The notes under the pieces: model-generated
The model's input: only the letters and a program-made list of their open reading frames with translations
Told to the model about the DNA's origin: nothing
Database searches by the model: none
NCBI GenBank assembly: GCA_016938235.1
Contig: JAFGVA010000198.1
Span: forward strand, 64,752-128,751
Reading direction: 5' to 3'
DNA length: 64,000 bases
From: Bacteroidales bacterium
Lineage (GTDB): Bacteria > Bacteroidota > Bacteroidia > Bacteroidales > UBA10428
Program-made: the position numbers and the translations under genes
Shown: in pieces, positions 59,087 through 64,000 of the stretch
How positions within the stretch are numbered: position 1 is the first letter of the stretch
Layout: every line of letters starts with the position of its first letter

Positions 59087-59885
59087 GACTGTGCACTAAG
59101 CCGGAAATGTTAGTTTTTAACATTTAAGATTTTAATATCGAAAACTTAAGATTAGCAGTAAACAGATGCAGAAAAGCACGCTTCTTTTTCATATTCCGTT
59201 AAGAAATACTTAATGTAAATTTTATGCCTGTGCTCTGAAATTTAACCTAAACAGGGTAGTCCCTTTTATCAAAATGCAGACTCCGTATAGCAATTTGCGA
59301 GAATTAAATTAAATGACAATCCGGGAAGAATACTAAAATGTTAATTTGACTATAAAAATGTACTAAAGATTGAACTTAATACTTGGTGAGCGGCTCAGCC
59401 TTTGGTAAAAGTAACTCTTCATGCCTTGGTAAATTTGTAGCGAAATGGCCACCAAGACACAATCCCGAAAGCTTTCTGAACTCAAAGATTCACCAACAAA
59501 TCAGTCAATTATGCATTTCCGATACTTATTCTAAATAATATGAAATTTGCTAACAACTACCAGCCAATTGATTATGTGGTGATGCGTTAATGTTAAAAAT
59601 TGAAAATGTCCAAACTGGGGGTATGCGCTGAAAGGCAAACTTACCATCACAGATGCTAAAGGAGTTCAGGGAGCTGTAAATCAAAATTATATGCTTTATT
59701 TGCCGTCTGGCTATAATGTAAAATTGAATGTTGAAGCCGAAAACATTATGTTCAGTCCTCATCATGAACACACCCATGTAATTATCCAAACAACCTGAAA
59801 ATTTGTTTAAGAAACAGTAAAAAATTCATTGATAAAAAAGAAACCTTTTGTAACTTTTAATTACACTAATTAAAAGCGATTTTTT

Positions 59886-62800
59886 ATGGTTTCACTCAAG
59901 TATAGTCCACAATATGGCGATTTAACTGAATTGAATACAGAACGGACTATTTTAGAGGCAGTTGGAAAAGAGAACCTTCAGAATCTTACTTCTGAATTAA
60001 TGGAACTGCTTCAGACTTCGGTTGCTATATACGAAAAAAATGGCGATTATGCTTATTGCGAATTTGATTCGGCCTGGTGCCGATTATTAGATGCATCGTC
60101 AAGAAAGCTATGCAATACCGTGAATAATAAAAAAGCATTGAGTTGCGGCAAATGGCTGTGCCATGACGATTGCTGGAAGAATTCAGCAAAAAAGGCCATA
60201 CAGACAAAAACAAGCACCGATATTAATTGCGTTGGAGGAATAAAACTTTTTGCTGAGCCTGTTTTTGTTGATGATGAAGTTATTGGAACGATAAATATGG
60301 GCTATGGAAACCCTCCAAGCGATGATAAAAGCCTGCATGAATTGGCTGAAAAATACAGCATTGATTTTGAAACAATCAAACAAAAGGCTTTAGCTTATAA
60401 TTCCCGGCCTGATTATATTATTGAAATTGCAAAAAAAAGACTGAAGTCTGTTGCTAAATTAATTGGTGAAATTGTAAGCAGGAAACAATTAGAGCAAAAG
60501 CTTAAAGAAAGAATTAAAGAATTGAATTGTATATCGAAACTCTCTGAGCTGGTTGAAACCAAAACAAGCATTGAAGATATACTTTCTGAATTGGTTTATA
60601 TAGTAAAGCAAAGCTGGAAATTCTCAGATATTGCAGAAGTCAGAATTACGAATAATGGTTTTTCTTCTCAAACAGATAAATTCAGAGAGACGAAATGGAA
60701 AATGATTTCTGAAATTAAAACCCGGCAGGAAGTAAAGGGAAAAATAGAGGTGGTTTATCTTAAAAACCCAACAAGCTTAACCGATCCTTTCTTAAAAGAA
60801 GAGTATAATTTACTGCAAATAATTGCCGAGCGTTTAGGAAGAATTATTGAGCGTATCGATAGTTCTAAGCGTTATGAAGAGCTCTTTAACACTTTATACG
60901 AGTCGGTAATCAGAGCCGACAAAGACGGAGTTATTACCGATGCAAACGAAGCTGCAGTGAAGTTGTGCGGATATAACAGCAAGAATGATTTGATTGGCCG
61001 CTCCTTTACAGATTTATATGCAAGCGCTGATACCGAAAAAAATATTCTTAAAAACCTAAAACAAAAAGGAGGTACTTTACAAAATTTCGAATTTCAATTA
61101 AATACGAAAGCTGGCGACATAGTTCCTGTTTCAGGCAATATTAATATGTTATTTCAACATAATGGTGAGTATCTTGGAACGCTTAGTGCATTGCGAGATA
61201 TTTCAGAAGTAAAACAAGCAGAACAAGCGCTTAAAGAAAGCGAAAAGAAATTCAGAACTATTTTTGAAAAGGGCCTGTCGGCTATCGTTATTGCCGATGA
61301 TAAGGGGAATTACCTTTCTGTAAATCAGGCTGCAGCCGACTTGTTTGGTTATTCCATTAGTGAATTGCTTCAAATGAATGTGGCCAACCTGCAAACAACA
61401 GCAAATCCAAATGCTGCAGAACAATATAAAGAATACCTGAAGAAAGGGGAAGAAAGTGGCGAATTTAGTTTTATTAATAAGGAAGGTGAAGAAAAAACGG
61501 CAATATACAAGGCTGTTCGTGTAGAGGCAGATTTTAATTTAAGCATGCTCTTAGACATTACAGAGCAAAATATGGCTGCACAAGAATTAGTCAATATTAA
61601 AGGGAAAATAGAAAAAAGTGAACTTCGTTTCAGAACCATGTTTTCTGAAGCTCCCCTGGGAATAGCCTTAATAAATTCATTAAACGGCAAAATATACGAA
61701 GTAAATACAAAATTTGCCAAAATAGCAGGCCGCACAAAGGAAGAAATGACGAATATCGATTGGATGAGTATAACCCACCCCGATGATATTCAGGAAGATT
61801 TGGACAATATGTCCTTACTAAATGCCGGCAAGATTAGTGGTTTTAAAATGCAGAAGCGATATATAAGGCCTGATGGTTCTTTTGTATGGATAAATATGAC
61901 TATTGCGCCTGTTTATGTCGAAGATACCCTGGAGCCCCGACATCTTTGCATGATTGAAAATATTACCGAGAGGAAAGAAACAGAACAAGCCTTAAAAAAC
62001 AGCGAAGCAAAGCTAAAATTAATTGTTAACGAAAGCCCATTTCCTGTGGCAGTCGTTAATGTTAATAATCATAAGATTGAATACTGGAGTAAGAAAGCTA
62101 AAGAATTAACCGGGTATATGCCTGAAACAGTTACCGAATGGTACAAATTAGCTTATCCCGATGCAGAATACCGCAAACAGGTTTCTGAACGTTGGGCACC
62201 TTTCGAAGAAAAAGCACGAGTAACGGGAGAAGCTGTTAATTCCGGTGAATATCAGATAAAATGTAAAGACGGTTCAATAATAAGCTGTGAAATATATGTT
62301 CAATTTATTCCGGGATATTATGTTGTTACTCTTAACAATATTACTGAACGCATTAAATACGAAAATAATTTAGTTAAACGAAACAGAGAAATCGAACTTT
62401 TATTGAAAGGCAGCAGGTTGGTTCTCGAAAGCAACGACTTTATAACAACGGCTCAACAAATTTTTGATTATTGCAGAGAGTTAACCGGGGCAAAAGCAGG
62501 TTATATAGCCCTGTTAAACGAAAACGGAGAAGAAAACGATGTTTTATACCTTGAACCGGGAGGAATGCCGTGCTCTGTTAATCCCGACTTACCTATGCCA
62601 ATCAGAGGTTTACGCGAAATTGTTTACAAAACAGGAAAAACTACTTTCGACAATAACTATTTGCAAAGTCCGCATGTTAAATACATGCCAAAGGGACACA
62701 TGCCTCTCAGAAATGTGATGTTTGCCCCGCTAAAACAAAACGAAAAAACAATTGGTTTAATAGGCCTGGCAGAAAAGCAAAATGGCTTCAATAAGGAAGA

Positions 62801-63971
62801 TGCTAATTTGGTTACTTCTTTTGCCGAATTAGTTTCAATTGCTCTTAAAAATTCAAGATTTATAGAACAAATACAGGAAAGCGAGTTAAACTTCAAATCA
62901 ATAGTAGAAAACAGTACTAACCTTTTTTATAAACACGATACAAACCATAAGGTAACTTATATAAGTCCGCAAGTAAAAGATGTTTTAGGGTGCACACCGG
63001 AAGAAGCCATGCATTTATGGACAGCATTTCTAACAGACCATCCAATAAATGAAAAAGGCTTAGATAAAACAATAAAAACCATACAAACTGGTAAAAAACA
63101 AGGAGTTTATAATTTAGAACTCATGCGCAAGGATGGTCGTAAAATTTGGGTAGAAGTTAGAGAAGCCCCAATTTTGAAGAACGGCGAAACTGTAGAAATT
63201 GTTGGTGCTTTAACAGATGTTACAGATAAAATACGATATGAAGATGAACTAAAAAACAAAGCCAGAGAACTTCAAAAAACAAATAATAATAAAGACCAGT
63301 TTATTTCAATTCTGGCACACGACATTAAAAATCCATTTGGTTCTTTATTGGGTTTCTCCGAATTATTAGCTGAGAATGCCGATACTTACGATAGACAAAA
63401 GATTATATCACAAGCTGGTATCATAAACCAAATAGCTGTTAATACGCACAACCTGCTTGAAGACATTTTATTATGGTCTAAAGCAACATCGGATAACTAT
63501 AGTATGGAACTTTCAAATATTAACGCTTCGAACGAACTTAATACAGTGTTGGAAGTTTTAATCCCCTTGGCATCTTATAAACAGATTCAAATTAAGAATG
63601 AGGTAGAAAATACTATTCAACTGTATACCGATTCTTATATCCTGAAAACTGTTTTCAGAAACCTCATTTCAAATGCCATTAAATTTACAAATAAGGGAGG
63701 TGTTATAACTATTCGGACACAAGAAAATGCCAACGAGATAAAATTCAGTGTAGCAGATACCGGTATTGGAATGAAACAAGTAGCTATTGACAAGTTATTT
63801 AAGCTGGAACATTTTACTTCAACCAAAGGAACCAACCAGGAAAAAGGAACCGGTTTTGGTTTAAGAATTTGTAAAGAGCTGGTTGGCAAAATTGGTGGGG
63901 CATTGCATGTGGAAAGCGAATTAGGTAAGGGGTCAACCTTTGCTTTTACCCTGTCAAAGAACAAGGAATAA
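59886..63971 (+). CDS. Large cytoplasmic multi-sensor histidine kinase (Cys-rich PocR-like N-domain, several PAS/PAC, GAF, HisKA, HATPase_c)
   Basis: 1361 aa with no TM segment visible. The N-terminal Cys-rich module (YCEFDSAWCRLL..C..C..WLCHDDCW) is PocR-like (tentative). Repeated PAS/PAC units are followed by ITERK-type linkers, then a GAF-like segment, the H-box SILAHDIKNP, the N-box NLISNAIKFT, and G-boxes DTGIGM and GTGFGL. Confidence 0.85.
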   Translation: MVSLKYSPQYGDLTELNTERTILEAVGKENLQNLTSELMELLQTSVAIYEKNGDYAYCEFDSAWCRLLDASSRKLCNTVNNKKALSCGKWLCHDDCWKNSAKKAIQTKTSTDINCVGGIKLFAEPVFVDDEVIGTINMGYGNPPSDDKSLHELAEKYSIDFETIKQKALAYNSRPDYIIEIAKKRLKSVAKLIGEIVSRKQLEQKLKERIKELNCISKLSELVETKTSIEDILSELVYIVKQSWKFSDIAEVRITNNGFSSQTDKFRETKWKMISEIKTRQEVKGKIEVVYLKNPTSLTDPFLKEEYNLLQIIAERLGRIIERIDSSKRYEELFNTLYESVIRADKDGVITDANEAAVKLCGYNSKNDLIGRSFTDLYASADTEKNILKNLKQKGGTLQNFEFQLNTKAGDIVPVSGNINMLFQHNGEYLGTLSALRDISEVKQAEQALKESEKKFRTIFEKGLSAIVIADDKGNYLSVNQAAADLFGYSISELLQMNVANLQTTANPNAAEQYKEYLKKGEESGEFSFINKEGEEKTAIYKAVRVEADFNLSMLLDITEQNMAAQELVNIKGKIEKSELRFRTMFSEAPLGIALINSLNGKIYEVNTKFAKIAGRTKEEMTNIDWMSITHPDDIQEDLDNMSLLNAGKISGFKMQKRYIRPDGSFVWINMTIAPVYVEDTLEPRHLCMIENITERKETEQALKNSEAKLKLIVNESPFPVAVVNVNNHKIEYWSKKAKELTGYMPETVTEWYKLAYPDAEYRKQVSERWAPFEEKARVTGEAVNSGEYQIKCKDGSIISCEIYVQFIPGYYVVTLNNITERIKYENNLVKRNREIELLLKGSRLVLESNDFITTAQQIFDYCRELTGAKAGYIALLNENGEENDVLYLEPGGMPCSVNPDLPMPIRGLREIVYKTGKTTFDNNYLQSPHVKYMPKGHMPLRNVMFAPLKQNEKTIGLIGLAEKQNGFNKEDANLVTSFAELVSIALKNSRFIEQIQESELNFKSIVENSTNLFYKHDTNHKVTYISPQVKDVLGCTPEEAMHLWTAFLTDHPINEKGLDKTIKTIQTGKKQGVYNLELMRKDGRKIWVEVREAPILKNGETVEIVGALTDVTDKIRYEDELKNKARELQKTNNNKDQFISILAHDIKNPFGSLLGFSELLAENADTYDRQKIISQAGIINQIAVNTHNLLEDILLWSKATSDNYSMELSNINASNELNTVLEVLIPLASYKQIQIKNEVENTIQLYTDSYILKTVFRNLISNAIKFTNKGGVITIRTQENANEIKFSVADTGIGMKQVAIDKLFKLEHFTSTKGTNQEKGTGFGLRICKELVGKIGGALHVESELGKGSTFAFTLSKNKE

Positions 63972-64000
63972 TTGATTTAAACAAAGACGAAAATCATAAC

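Noticed and set aside
59550-59789. A 79-aa minus-strand ORF in the spacer upstream of the large kinase
   Set aside because: Its composition is implausible, and it is antisense to a more protein-like (though start-less) plus-strand frame. Neither is reported as a CDS.

Overview
The window reads as a Bacteroidota chromosomal segment: it is AT-rich, has a SusC/SusD pair, many lipoprotein-type signal peptides (..SC/..AC), two T9SS C-terminal sorting domains and TAnnTTTG-type promoter motifs. All family calls come from motifs I recognise in the supplied translations; no search was run.

Layout:
- (1) 1-26973, plus strand: a large polysaccharide utilization locus. Gene order is GH5 fragment, GH115, two GH2, a decayed GH42-like stub, GH29, SusC, SusD, a strong terminator, GH31 with PA14 insert, a SASA-type acetylesterase, a DUF362-like protein with a T9SS tail, a stand-alone 7-bladed propeller lipoprotein, and GH95.
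- (2) 27009-29693: a tightly packed four-gene envelope module (LamG lipoprotein, beta-barrel, YceI-like, OB-fold membrane protein).
- (3) 29789-30160, minus strand: an intact tRNA-Pro(UGG) flanked by mosaic copies of its own ends.
- (4) 30355-33096: a T9SS-secreted GH5 with two CBM6-like modules.
- (5) 33215-37616: a POT transporter, an orphan GAF histidine kinase and small unknown genes.
- (6) 37754-46962, minus strand: a mannan operon of the epimerase/phosphorylase type (GH26, Na+/solute symporter, GH130, AGE epimerase, GH2 beta-mannosidase, GH5 mannanase) with no SusC/D.
- (7) 47289-52293: a YfiR-like protein, a serine hydrolase, a barrel, an SDR, a YkgJ protein, about 800 bp with no ORF that holds a decayed gene, and a Crp/Fnr regulator.
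- (8) 52471-59086, minus strand: a candidate organophosphate-scavenging operon (PHP phosphoesterase, TonB-dependent receptor, lipoprotein, NPP-type phosphodiesterase).
- (9) 59886-63971: a 1361-aa multi-PAS/GAF histidine kinase.

I saw no CRISPR array, rRNA, transposase, integrase or recognisable defence genes. The candidates I consider most worth follow-up are the DUF362-T9SS/propeller pair inside the PUL, the LamG-barrel-YceI-OB module, the tRNA-Pro mosaic and the phosphoesterase-TBDR operon.
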